DNA of 50,364 bases, taken from NCBI GenBank assembly GCA_038148335.1, contig JAYQVF010000004.1:1-50364 (forward strand). The letters run 5' to 3'. The notes under the pieces were generated by a model. That model was not told the DNA's origin, did not search any database, and saw only the letters and a list, made by a program, of their open reading frames with translations. The position numbers were made by a program, and so were the translations under genes. The DNA is from Alphaproteobacteria bacterium (GTDB lineage Bacteria; Pseudomonadota; Alphaproteobacteria; SHVP01). Position 1 is the first letter of the stretch; every line of letters starts with the position of its first letter. Positions 16,972-25,950 of this stretch are shown piece after piece.

Positions 16972-17421
16972 CTAGAAGCGGCGGACCAGGAAGACGCCGA
17001 CGACCAGGAGCACGACCCCGGCGATGCGGCCCGGCGACAGGGCGTGGCTTTGCAGGCCGAACCAACCGAAGTGATCGAAGGCGAGCGACGCGAGGAGCTG
17101 CCCCGCAAGGATCCCCGCGGTGAGCGCAGTGACCCCGATGCGCGGCGCCAGAAACAACGCCGTGAAGACGTAGAATGAACCGGCGATACCGCCGCCGATC
17201 CAGTGGTACCAGGGCAGGTTGCCAAAGCTGGTCGGCGAAGGCGCCGGCGTGCGCAGGGCGAAGGCGAGCGCGGACAGGGCGATCAGGCCGACGATGAAGT
17301 TGACGACGGCCGCGTTGACGGGATGACCGAGGGTCCGCGCTACGCCGGCGTTGAGCGCGGCCTGCATCGGGAGAACGGCGCCCGCGATGACGGCTTGGAG
17401 AACGAGAAGGTTGTTGAGCAT
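16972..17421 (-). CDS. DMT family (YdcZ/DUF606) transporter
   Basis: AGAVLPMQAALN, PWYHWIGG, GQL.ASL.FDHFG.FG. Confidence 0.88.
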   Translation of the reverse strand: MLNNLLVLQAVIAGAVLPMQAALNAGVARTLGHPVNAAVVNFIVGLIALSALAFALRTPAPSPTSFGNLPWYHWIGGGIAGSFYVFTALFLAPRIGVTALTAGILAGQLLASLAFDHFGWFGLQSHALSPGRIAGVVLLVVGVFLVRRF

Positions 17422-17511
17422 GGCCTGGCCTTGGATGGTCGGTGGACGGTGTCACCGGCTTAGCAGAGACTGAACACCTCGGACAGAAAAGAAGGGAAAG
17501 GAGCGGCAACG

Positions 17512-18156
17512 ATGGTGCCGGTCGATCTGTTTTGGTCCTTTCGCAGCCCGTACTGCTATCTCGCGTTGCCGCGCATCGAGGGCCTTGTCGATCGCTATGA
17601 GATCGACTTGCGCGTCAGAGTTGTCTTGCCGCTTGCTGTGCGAGACCCCGATTATTTCGAATCGCTGCCAAAGGCGCGTGGCGCCTACAACGCGATGGAT
17701 GCGCAGCGCACCGCCGCGTTCCTCGGCATGCCGTTTTCGCGACCGCAGCCCGATCCGGTGGTCTTCGAAACGAATCGCAACCGGCCGGCGGCGGATCAGC
17801 CCTACATCCATCGCCTGTCCCGGTTGGGGGCTCTCGCCGCCGACTGCGGCGCGGGGCTCGCATTTCTCTCAAGTGTCGCCCGCATGATGTGGTCGGGCAC
17901 CGTTCAGGGTTGGGATCAGGGGTCGCATCTCGCCGATGCCATCGCCGCGGCGGGTCTGGATCTCGCAGAAATGGATCGTGCCATCGTCGCCGAGCCTGAG
18001 CGCCTTGATCGCTTGATCGCAGCCAACGAACGAGCTCTGTCGGACGTCGGACACTGGGGCGTCCCGACACTGGCGGTAAATGGCGAGCCGTTCTTTGGGC
18101 AGGACAGGCTGGACGTGTTCGCCTGGCGGCTGGACCAACTCGGTGCCGGCCGCTAG
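17512..18156 (+). CDS. 2-hydroxychromene-2-carboxylate isomerase / kappa-GST (DsbA-like) family protein
   Basis: FWSFRSPYCYL, GHWGVPT, FFGQDR. Confidence 0.88.
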   Translation: MVPVDLFWSFRSPYCYLALPRIEGLVDRYEIDLRVRVVLPLAVRDPDYFESLPKARGAYNAMDAQRTAAFLGMPFSRPQPDPVVFETNRNRPAADQPYIHRLSRLGALAADCGAGLAFLSSVARMMWSGTVQGWDQGSHLADAIAAAGLDLAEMDRAIVAEPERLDRLIAANERALSDVGHWGVPTLAVNGEPFFGQDRLDVFAWRLDQLGAGR

Positions 18157-18227
18157 CGCCGACTCGATCTGGACCCTACGGCATCCGATGCACTAGGCTT
18201 TCCCGAGAATATCGGGAGGAGAAACAG

Positions 18228-19430
18228 ATGAGCGCACGTAACGCCGAGGCTTGGCGGACGCTGCCGAACGTGCCGCCGACCCATGTGGTGAGTGGCGAGG
18301 TCTACACCGATCATGGAATTTTCGTGGCCGAGAAGGAACGCATCTTCGGGCGCTGCTGGCATCTGGCCTGTCACGAGAGCGAACTTCCCAATACATACGA
18401 CTTCAGGACCTTCGACTACGTCGGGACGCCGCTGATCGCTGTCCGCGGGCGGGATGGCATCATTCGGACGTTCATCAACGTGTGCTCGCACCGCGGCGCA
18501 AAGATCATCCACGAACCCGCCGGCAACGCGGAGCGTCTCACCTGTTTCTATCATTTGTGGAGCTACGACGACCGGGGCGCCTGCGTCGACATGCCACGAC
18601 CCGAGGCCTATCACGGCGTCGGCCTGACCAAGGAGGATTGCGGCCTTCGCGAGGTGCGCACGGAGGCCTTTCTTGGCCTCGTCTTCATCAACATGGACGA
18701 CGACGCGCCCGACCTGACGGGCTACCTCGATGGTGCTCTCGACAGCTTCGCACCGGTCCTGGGGTCGGGGGAGCTGGAGGTATTCCACTACAACCAGTCG
18801 ATCCTGCACGCCAATTGGAAGGCGTGGCAGGAGACCAACCTCGACCTGTACCACGAGTGGATGCACGTTCTGCTCCGCCGCACCCAGATGAAGGCGGCCA
18901 GCATGGAAAGCCGCGTGGTGAAGGCGCTGAAAAACGGCCACACCGCGGCGGGCGGCCTCAAGGCTTCCTACGAGATGTACAAGGGCATGGCCAAACGCGA
19001 TACGGACATGGCGCTGCCGGGTCTCGTGCCGGACGACTTTTTCTTCGCCGATATCTGGCCCAATGTCGCGATCCTTGCGCGCGGTACCGCGATCCGGATC
19101 GATGTGGTCATCCCGATCGACGAGCAGACAATGCTGGTCGAATGGCGCGGCCTGGGCCGCAAGGGAGACACCGCCGAGCAACGGCGTCTCCGGATGCGTC
19201 ACCACAATCAGTACTGGGGGCCGTTCGGCCGCAACGTGCCGGAGGACGCCTTCGCCAGCGAGGCGTGCGAGGCCGGGTTCCGCGGTGGGGCGGCCGCGTA
19301 CCAGATATTGGCTCGCGAAGAAAACGGCGCCGGCCAGGACGACGGCATGATGCGGGCCTGGTACGCCGAATGGTCGCGCCGCACCGGTCGGTCAGCCGCC
19401 CAGCCGACCGCAGCGGTGGCCGCGGAATGA
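18228..19430 (+). CDS. Rieske non-heme oxygenase alpha subunit, methanesulfonate monooxygenase (MsmA)-like
   Basis: CHESELP, CSH-X17-CFYH Rieske motif, NWK..ETN..YH..MH iron site, WGPFGRN..ED. Confidence 0.85.
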   Translation: MSARNAEAWRTLPNVPPTHVVSGEVYTDHGIFVAEKERIFGRCWHLACHESELPNTYDFRTFDYVGTPLIAVRGRDGIIRTFINVCSHRGAKIIHEPAGNAERLTCFYHLWSYDDRGACVDMPRPEAYHGVGLTKEDCGLREVRTEAFLGLVFINMDDDAPDLTGYLDGALDSFAPVLGSGELEVFHYNQSILHANWKAWQETNLDLYHEWMHVLLRRTQMKAASMESRVVKALKNGHTAAGGLKASYEMYKGMAKRDTDMALPGLVPDDFFFADIWPNVAILARGTAIRIDVVIPIDEQTMLVEWRGLGRKGDTAEQRRLRMRHHNQYWGPFGRNVPEDAFASEACEAGFRGGAAAYQILAREENGAGQDDGMMRAWYAEWSRRTGRSAAQPTAAVAAE

Positions 19431-19903
19431 ACGTCGCCTCAGGCCAGCTCAGCCGCGAGCAGGCGATCCGCGAGACGGTATACCGCTCCTGCATGGCGCT
19501 CGACGCTGAGGACTTCTCTGCCTTCCTAGACCTTTGTGCACCGGATCTCGAGTACACGGTGACGGCGTTCAGTCCCGAAATCCGCAAAGAGATGATATGG
19601 CTGGAACAGGATCTGGAGGGAATGCGCGCCTTGCTCGAGATGGTGCCGCAGCATCTCAAGCGTCTTGGCACGCTCAAGCGGCATGTTTCCGTCTATCTCA
19701 TCGATGATGGAAACGATGGGATCGCGAAGGTGACCAGTTCGTTCATCGTCACGCATACCGATCCCCAGGGGCGCTCGCAGCTCTTCGTCGCGGGAACCTA
19801 TTGCGATGAAGTCGACTGCCGCGGCGAACGGTTTCTCCTGAGGAAGCGCAACGCCCACCTCGAGACACGCGATCTCGGAATCGGATCGCATATCCCGATC
19901 TAG
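19427..19903 (+). CDS. oxygenase beta subunit, MsmB-like
   Basis: SPEIRKEMIWLE, L.RH.SVY, LETR.LGIG.HIP; ATGA overlap with the alpha gene. Confidence 0.82.
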   Translation: MNVASGQLSREQAIRETVYRSCMALDAEDFSAFLDLCAPDLEYTVTAFSPEIRKEMIWLEQDLEGMRALLEMVPQHLKRLGTLKRHVSVYLIDDGNDGIAKVTSSFIVTHTDPQGRSQLFVAGTYCDEVDCRGERFLLRKRNAHLETRDLGIGSHIPI

Positions 19904-19916
19904 TGCCGCGAACCTG

Positions 19917-20957
19917 ATGAAGATCGAGCTTGCTGCCCGCGACGGCGAGGTTGCTTTCGACTGCGACGCCGACCGGGAAATACTCCTTGCCGGACTCGCC
20001 GCGGGCCATGGCGTGCCCTACGAGTGCGGGACCGGAACCTGTGCGACGTGCAAGGCAACCCTGGAAGCCGGCGAGGTCGATGAAGGTTGGGAGGCGGCGC
20101 CGGCGCGGCGCCTGTTGAAAAAGGAGCCGCGCGAAATCCTGATGTGCCAGGCGCGGCCACTATCGGATTGCCGCCTGTCGATCCGAGGGCGCCTTGCCCA
20201 ACCGGCGCCAACGGCCCCGGGGTGGGCGCGGGGCCGTATCGAGTCCGTGACGCCGCTCAATCACGACGTCCTCAGGCTGGAAATTCGCCCGGACCATCCG
20301 CTCCCGTTCGAGGCAGGCCAGTTCATGTTGGTCGATGTTCCTGAAGTTGCAGGATACAGGGGCTGGTCGATGGCGACCTTCGATGCCGAAGGCCGCACCC
20401 TGGTCTTTACCGTCAAGATGATGCCGGGCGGTGCGGTCTCCAACTGGTTGCAAGCGTGCGACAGGACGGGCGTCGAGGTCGGACTCTTCGGCCCGATGGG
20501 CAAGGCGACGTTCCGGCCGGCGCGGGACGAGGCGAACCTGCTCTGCATTGCCGGCGGGTCGGGGCTCGCGCCAATTCTGGCCATCCTCGAACGGGCGCGG
20601 GCGGCGGGACATTTCGATCGGTACCGGGCCGACGTCTTCTTTGGCGTGCGCACGTTCGGCGATCTGTACGAAACCCGGAGACTCCTCGACCTGGCGGCCG
20701 CTTGTCCTTCGCACATTGCCCTGACGTTCGTCTTCTCCGAAGCGATGCCGTCGGAGGCAGAGCGAGCCTCCTTGCCGGGTGTTGCATTTGGGGAGGGCTT
20801 CGTGCACGAAGTCATGGGCCGAGCGATGGCGGGCCGGTTTGCCGACATTCTTGCCTATATGGCGGGACCGCCGCCGATGGTGGAAGCAGCCATGCGTTTG
20901 CTGGTGATGCAGGGCAAGGTGCCGCCGGCGCGCATCCGCTACGACAAATTCAGTTAG
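19917..20957 (+). CDS. 2Fe-2S/FAD NAD(P)H reductase component (MsmD-like)
   Basis: PYECGTGTCATC..LMCQ, RGWSM, GGSGLAP, GPPPMV, C-terminal YDKFS. Confidence 0.88.
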   Translation: MKIELAARDGEVAFDCDADREILLAGLAAGHGVPYECGTGTCATCKATLEAGEVDEGWEAAPARRLLKKEPREILMCQARPLSDCRLSIRGRLAQPAPTAPGWARGRIESVTPLNHDVLRLEIRPDHPLPFEAGQFMLVDVPEVAGYRGWSMATFDAEGRTLVFTVKMMPGGAVSNWLQACDRTGVEVGLFGPMGKATFRPARDEANLLCIAGGSGLAPILAILERARAAGHFDRYRADVFFGVRTFGDLYETRRLLDLAAACPSHIALTFVFSEAMPSEAERASLPGVAFGEGFVHEVMGRAMAGRFADILAYMAGPPPMVEAAMRLLVMQGKVPPARIRYDKFS

Positions 20958-20971
20958 GAGATGGCGCACTC

Positions 20972-21298
20972 ATGAGCGATTGGAAGCGGGTTTGTTCCCT
21001 CGACGAGGTGGCAGAATGCGAACTCAAGGAGTTCGATGTTGCGGGGATCAAGGTTGTCGCGGTCCGGTCCGGCGACGACCTCTTTGTCTATCCGCTGCGC
21101 TGTCCCCACATGGACGAACCGCTGTCGACGGGCATGTGTGACGGCGCAACCGTGACGTGTTCCTTCCACCTGTGGCAATGGAACATGAAGACCGGCGAAT
21201 CGACGGGCGAAGCCGAAATCGACTTGCTTCTTTACCCCACCAAGAAGGAAGGCGGCGCGCTGTTCGCCGACATGGCGAAAGAGCTGACCTACGACTGA
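20972..21298 (+). CDS. Rieske ferredoxin component (MsmC-like)
   Basis: CPH...CSFHLWQW; AGGAG upstream. Confidence 0.88.
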   Translation: MSDWKRVCSLDEVAECELKEFDVAGIKVVAVRSGDDLFVYPLRCPHMDEPLSTGMCDGATVTCSFHLWQWNMKTGESTGEAEIDLLLYPTKKEGGALFADMAKELTYD

Positions 21299-21879
21299 GC
21301 CGGCAACTCGATAACGATCCGGCTGTCCTGCCGTTTCTCCAGATCGATAAAGTTCAGGTCATCGTCCGCGACCGATTCCCTGACGAGAATGATGAAATCG
21401 CTGCGTTCCCCGATCGGGAATGGGGTCCAATGCCAGGTTCCGGGGTGCAGGTTGACGCCGCAGGTCCCGTCCAGCACGAATGCCCGAACCTCATCGAGCC
21501 TCGGCAAGGCTGCTGGATTCTCGCGCTCGTAGGGCGGCGCTACCGCGATGACGCTGCGGTCGCCGTTGAGGGGCACGAAGGTTTGCGTACCTTTCACGTG
21601 GCGTTCGAACCAGGAAAAGGCGAGGGGTCGCTTTTTTGGGCGCAAATAGCCCAGCCGCATGGCCTCGCGCGAAATAGTGGCGATCCCGCCCCAGTAGTCC
21701 AGCACATCGAAATCGTCGAGACGCCGGTCGTCGACATCGTCCGACATTCGGGCATAGCCCATGGCCAAGAGGTCCCGGTTGTCGAGCCGAGTGTCCTGAG
21801 GCGCGAGAACGTCGCCGAAGGGCGAAAAAGCCTCAACCGATAGTGGCTCGGCCAGGATGGTTCTGATGGTCGGTGCCAT
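21289..21879 (-). CDS. ureidoglycolate lyase (AllA-like) family protein
   Basis: AEPLS.EAF.PFGDV, ERH..GTQTFVP, GVN.HPGTWH; AGGAG SD before ATG 21879. Confidence 0.82.
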   Translation of the reverse strand: MAPTIRTILAEPLSVEAFSPFGDVLAPQDTRLDNRDLLAMGYARMSDDVDDRRLDDFDVLDYWGGIATISREAMRLGYLRPKKRPLAFSWFERHVKGTQTFVPLNGDRSVIAVAPPYERENPAALPRLDEVRAFVLDGTCGVNLHPGTWHWTPFPIGERSDFIILVRESVADDDLNFIDLEKRQDSRIVIELPAQS

Positions 21880-22058
21880 GTTCGTCTCCTGATCGAAATA
21901 CCAGAATTCCACCATCAGTGTACGGTCATTCTTCTTGACTTGCCGAGACTGTATGGGAGAGTCGGGCCCGCAAATTTGGAAGTCCGCAATGAAGACGGAC
22001 TTTGGGGAAGGCAAATAGACGGTCGCTCGCGCTGACCGTCTGAAGTTGGGGAGGCCGA

Positions 22059-23105
22059 ATGGTTCAGCGCTTCATCGTGAAACGCGTGCTCATTGCTCTA
22101 TTGCAATTGATCGGCATTTCACTCGTGGTGTTCTTCGTCATTCGCGGACTGGGCGCAGATCCGGTCGCGCGCATCGTCGGCATGAATGCGACGGCCGAGG
22201 CCGTGCAGCAGGCGAAAGAAACGCTCGGTCTGCATGAATCCCAAATGCAGCAACTCGCCAACTATCTCGGAATCTTTCGGACAACCACGAGAGAAGGGAT
22301 CATCCAGGGCAGCCTCGGCGAGTCCTGGGTCACCGGTTCTCCGATCTTCGAGGAGGTCACCCGTTTCCTCCCCATCACGCTCGAGCTGATCACCTACGCG
22401 TTGCTGATCGCCTTCCTGTTAGCGTTGCCGCTGGGCATGTCCAGCGGCACGCGGCCCGGAGGTGCCGCTGACAAATTCACCTTCGTGTGGGGATTGTTTG
22501 CGGGCTCCCAGCCTGAATTCTGGTGGGGCCTGATGTTCGTGTTCGTTTTCTTCTTCGTATTTCAGGACTTCGGCCTGCCGAGTGCGCCGGCGCCGCTGGG
22601 GCGTATCAACCCGCTGCTCACGGCGCCGGACCCGATCACCGGCTTCATCATGATCGACTCGCTCCTGCGCGGCCGCTTCGACGTTTGGATCGATGCCGGC
22701 AAGCACCTGATGCTACCCGTGTTTACGCTGGTGTTCGTGGTGTCCGGCCCGATCGTCAAGCTGGTGCGCCAGAACATGCAGCGCGTCCTTCGGTCGGACT
22801 ACATCCTGTACGCGCGCAGTGCCGGGTTGCCCAACAAGAAGGTTGCGCGTTACGCCCTCCGCGCCGCGTTGGCGCCGGCGATGACGCTGACCGCGATCAT
22901 CTACGGCTTCCTGTTGGGCGGTGCGGTCCCGGTCGAACTGATCTATTCGCTCGGCGGCATCGGTGAATACTCGATCCGTTCGATCCTCAATCTCGACTTC
23001 CCGGCCATTCAGGGGACGGTTCTCGTCATCGCGATGGTGTCGTTGTTGATTTATCTCGCGATCGACATCCTCCACGCCTTCCTCGATCCGCGGATCACTT
23101 TCTAG
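22059..23105 (+). CDS. Dpp/Opp-type ABC transporter permease (DppB-like)
   Basis: GSLGES, P.TLEL, P.FW.GL, HL.LP, SDYI..AR..GL, DFP.IQG, LDPRI. Confidence 0.93.
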   Translation: MVQRFIVKRVLIALLQLIGISLVVFFVIRGLGADPVARIVGMNATAEAVQQAKETLGLHESQMQQLANYLGIFRTTTREGIIQGSLGESWVTGSPIFEEVTRFLPITLELITYALLIAFLLALPLGMSSGTRPGGAADKFTFVWGLFAGSQPEFWWGLMFVFVFFFVFQDFGLPSAPAPLGRINPLLTAPDPITGFIMIDSLLRGRFDVWIDAGKHLMLPVFTLVFVVSGPIVKLVRQNMQRVLRSDYILYARSAGLPNKKVARYALRAALAPAMTLTAIIYGFLLGGAVPVELIYSLGGIGEYSIRSILNLDFPAIQGTVLVIAMVSLLIYLAIDILHAFLDPRITF

Positions 23106-23114
23106 GACTGCGCC

Positions 23115-24056
23115 ATGAACGAGAACGTGAATCCGCCAGGCCACACGCCGACGCCCGAAGACATCGATCAGCACATCGAGCCCCATATGGTCGTCGAAAC
23201 GGTGCCGACGAAGCGGCGTCAGATCGACCTGTGGCGGAAATTCAAGGAAGAGAAACTGTTCGCGTTTGGCGTGATCATTGTTTTTCTTTCGGTTTTCCTT
23301 GCCGTTCTGGGTCCGACCATCTCGCCATACGATCCGAACTTCGCGACCGGCCGCGTTTCGGTACCGCCGCTGACCGATCCCGGTAACGGTGAGCCGGTTC
23401 ACTGGTTCGGGACCGACAACTCCGGTCTCGACATATTCTCGCGCACGATCTCGGCGCCCAGGACCGACTTGTCGATTGCACTGACGGCGGCCCTGTTCTC
23501 GATGTTTCTCGGAACGGTCATAGGCTTGTTGTGCGGGTTCTTCCGCAACATCATTACCGAGATCATCATGCGAATATCGGATCTGTTGCAGGCATTTCCG
23601 GTGTTCATTACGGCAATGATCCTGGTCGCCCTTTCCGGTCGCAGCACCTGGAACATCATCATTGCGCTGACGATCGTCTATATGCCGATCTTCATTCGGC
23701 TCACGCGCGCGGAAGTCCTGGGCCAGATGCCGCGCGGCTACGTCGAGGCTGCTCGCGCGGTCGGCAACTCCGAGATGATCGTGGCATTTCGCCATGTTCT
23801 GCCCAACTCGCTGGTTCCGTCACTGATCCAGCTGTCGACGACCGTCGGCTTCGCGATCCTGCTCACATCAGGTCTGAGTTTCGTCGGCGCCGGCGTGCGC
23901 CCGCCCACGCCCGAGTGGGGCCTGATGATTGCGCTCGGCGCGCCGCAGATCATTCTGGGCGAATGGTGGCAATCGATTTTCCCTGGGGTTGCGATCTCCC
24001 TCACCATCTTCGGTTATGCCGCCGTCGGGCATGGCCTCGAAGAAGACTACCGCTAG
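23115..24056 (+). CDS. Dpp/Opp-type ABC transporter permease (DppC-like)
   Basis: HWFGTD..G.DIFSR, YVEAARAVG, RHVLPN, LSF.G.G..PP.PEWG. Confidence 0.93.
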   Translation: MNENVNPPGHTPTPEDIDQHIEPHMVVETVPTKRRQIDLWRKFKEEKLFAFGVIIVFLSVFLAVLGPTISPYDPNFATGRVSVPPLTDPGNGEPVHWFGTDNSGLDIFSRTISAPRTDLSIALTAALFSMFLGTVIGLLCGFFRNIITEIIMRISDLLQAFPVFITAMILVALSGRSTWNIIIALTIVYMPIFIRLTRAEVLGQMPRGYVEAARAVGNSEMIVAFRHVLPNSLVPSLIQLSTTVGFAILLTSGLSFVGAGVRPPTPEWGLMIALGAPQIILGEWWQSIFPGVAISLTIFGYAAVGHGLEEDYR

Positions 24057-24065
24057 GACGTCGTC

Positions 24066-25931
24066 ATGGTTGCACTTGAGAAGGAAGCCAGTGGGTCGAG
24101 CTCCCGGTACATTCTGGAGGCGCGCGATATCACCGTTCGTTTTCCGATCGTCGAAGGTCCCGACGTTTATGCGGTGAAGAACTTCAATCTCGCGGTCAAG
24201 CCGGGCGAATTCATCGGCCTGATGGGTGAGCCGGGTTGCGGCAAGTCGACCGCTGCCATGTCGTTCCTCGGTCTCGTCCGGCCCCCGGGCGTGATTGACC
24301 AGGGGACGGTCGAGTTCATGGGCCGCAATATCCTGACCATGGGCGAGGAAGAGGTACGGCAACTGCGCGGCCGCGACATCGGGATGATCGTCCAAAACCC
24401 GCGCTATTCGCTGCATCCGATGATGCGGGTCGGCGACCAGATCGCCAACGTCTACCGCGCGCACAACGATGTTTCCAAGAAGGAAGCCTGGGCGCACGCC
24501 GTCGAAATGTTGCGCATGGTCGGGATCAACGACCCCGAACGGCGCGTCAAGGCGTATGCTCACGAGCTCTCGAGCGGTATGGCCCAGCGCGTGCTGATCG
24601 CGATCGCGCTGAGTTCCCGCCCCAAGCTGCTTATCGCCGACGAGCCGACGTCAGGTCTCGACGTCACCATCCAGGCGCAGTTCCTCGACCAGATGTGGGA
24701 TAGCTGCCGGCAGACCAATTCTGCGGTCGTCCTCGTGACCCAGGATCTTGGCATCGTGGCGAACTACTGCGATCGCGTCGTCATTGTGCATGAGGGCACG
24801 GTCGTCGAGGACGCCGACGTTTTCACCTTCTTCAAGTCGCCACAGCACGGTTACAGCCGCCGCATTCTCGAACTCCAGCGCGAAGCGCAGGCCGCCGGCG
24901 AGGCGGTGCTTGGCAAGATCGACCCCAAGGCATCGCCAATTCTCGATGTTCAGGACCTCAGCAAGCTGTTTCCGATCCGCGGTTCCGAGTCGAAGGTTCA
25001 TGCGGTCGAACACGCGGACTTCGAGCTGCGCCCCGGCGAATGCCTCGGCCTCGTCGGCGAATCCGGTTCGGGCAAAACGACCATTGGTCGCTGCGTGTTG
25101 CGTCTGGTCGAACCCACGCAAGGTAAGATCGTCTTCCAAGGCAAGAACCTGGCAGACCTCCAGTCCAGCGAGTTCCGCAAGTTCCGCGGGGATCTGCAGA
25201 TCGTGTTCCAGGATCCACTGGACTCGCTGAACCCGCGCTGGACGGTGCATCAGGTCCTGACCGAACCGCTCAAGCTCCACACCAATCTGTCCGAGGCCGA
25301 GCGCGAGGATCGCATCACCGAGCTGCTCAAGCTGGTCGGTCTCGAGCCCTCCATGCGTTTCGCGCTGCCGCGCGAGATGAGCGCCGGTCGGCAGCAGCGC
25401 ACGTCGATCGCCCGCGCCATTGCCTCGAACCCGGACTTCATCGTCCTGGACGAGCCGACTTCGGCGCTGACGCCCGAAACGACGGCCGAAATCATCCAGC
25501 TTCTTATGGATCTGTCTGCGAAGCTCGGCATCGCCTACCTGTTCATCTCGCACGACCTCACCACGGTGAAGTACATCTGTCACCGCGTTGTCGTGCTCTA
25601 TCTTGGCCAGATCGTCGAGGTCGGCACCAAGGACCAGGTCTTCAACCGGCCGCGCCATCCCTATTCGCGGGCGCTGCTCGCCTCGCATTTGTTCCCGGAC
25701 ACGGCGAACCGGCGCGTCGACCGTGAAGTGCGCGAATCGCTCAAGGGAGAGATTCCGAGCCCGATCACGGAAAACCTGCCGAAGGGTTGCTATCTCTACG
25801 GCCGTTGCCCGGCGCAGCTCGACAAGTGCCGCGACATGCCGCAGGAACTGGCACAGCTCGACGACGGGCGCAGCGTCCGCTGTTGGCGCGTAGCACAAGG
25901 CGATCTGCCGGAAGAACCCCTGCCACACTAG
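24066..25931 (+). CDS. fused DppD/DppF-type ABC ATPase (two NBDs)
   Basis: Walker A GEPGCGKS and GESGSGKT, two DEPT Walker B motifs, C-terminal HPY..LL plus Cys-rich oligopeptide tail. Confidence 0.93.
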   Translation: MVALEKEASGSSSRYILEARDITVRFPIVEGPDVYAVKNFNLAVKPGEFIGLMGEPGCGKSTAAMSFLGLVRPPGVIDQGTVEFMGRNILTMGEEEVRQLRGRDIGMIVQNPRYSLHPMMRVGDQIANVYRAHNDVSKKEAWAHAVEMLRMVGINDPERRVKAYAHELSSGMAQRVLIAIALSSRPKLLIADEPTSGLDVTIQAQFLDQMWDSCRQTNSAVVLVTQDLGIVANYCDRVVIVHEGTVVEDADVFTFFKSPQHGYSRRILELQREAQAAGEAVLGKIDPKASPILDVQDLSKLFPIRGSESKVHAVEHADFELRPGECLGLVGESGSGKTTIGRCVLRLVEPTQGKIVFQGKNLADLQSSEFRKFRGDLQIVFQDPLDSLNPRWTVHQVLTEPLKLHTNLSEAEREDRITELLKLVGLEPSMRFALPREMSAGRQQRTSIARAIASNPDFIVLDEPTSALTPETTAEIIQLLMDLSAKLGIAYLFISHDLTTVKYICHRVVVLYLGQIVEVGTKDQVFNRPRHPYSRALLASHLFPDTANRRVDREVRESLKGEIPSPITENLPKGCYLYGRCPAQLDKCRDMPQELAQLDDGRSVRCWRVAQGDLPEEPLPH

Positions 25932-25950
25932 TTCTCCCCGGGACGCTGCG

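Noticed and set aside
18251-19426. Apparent 550-aa ORF fusing a long N-terminus to the oxygenase beta subunit
   Set aside because: The upstream part is an alternative frame of the alpha gene; the real start is ATG 19427 in the ATGA overlap.
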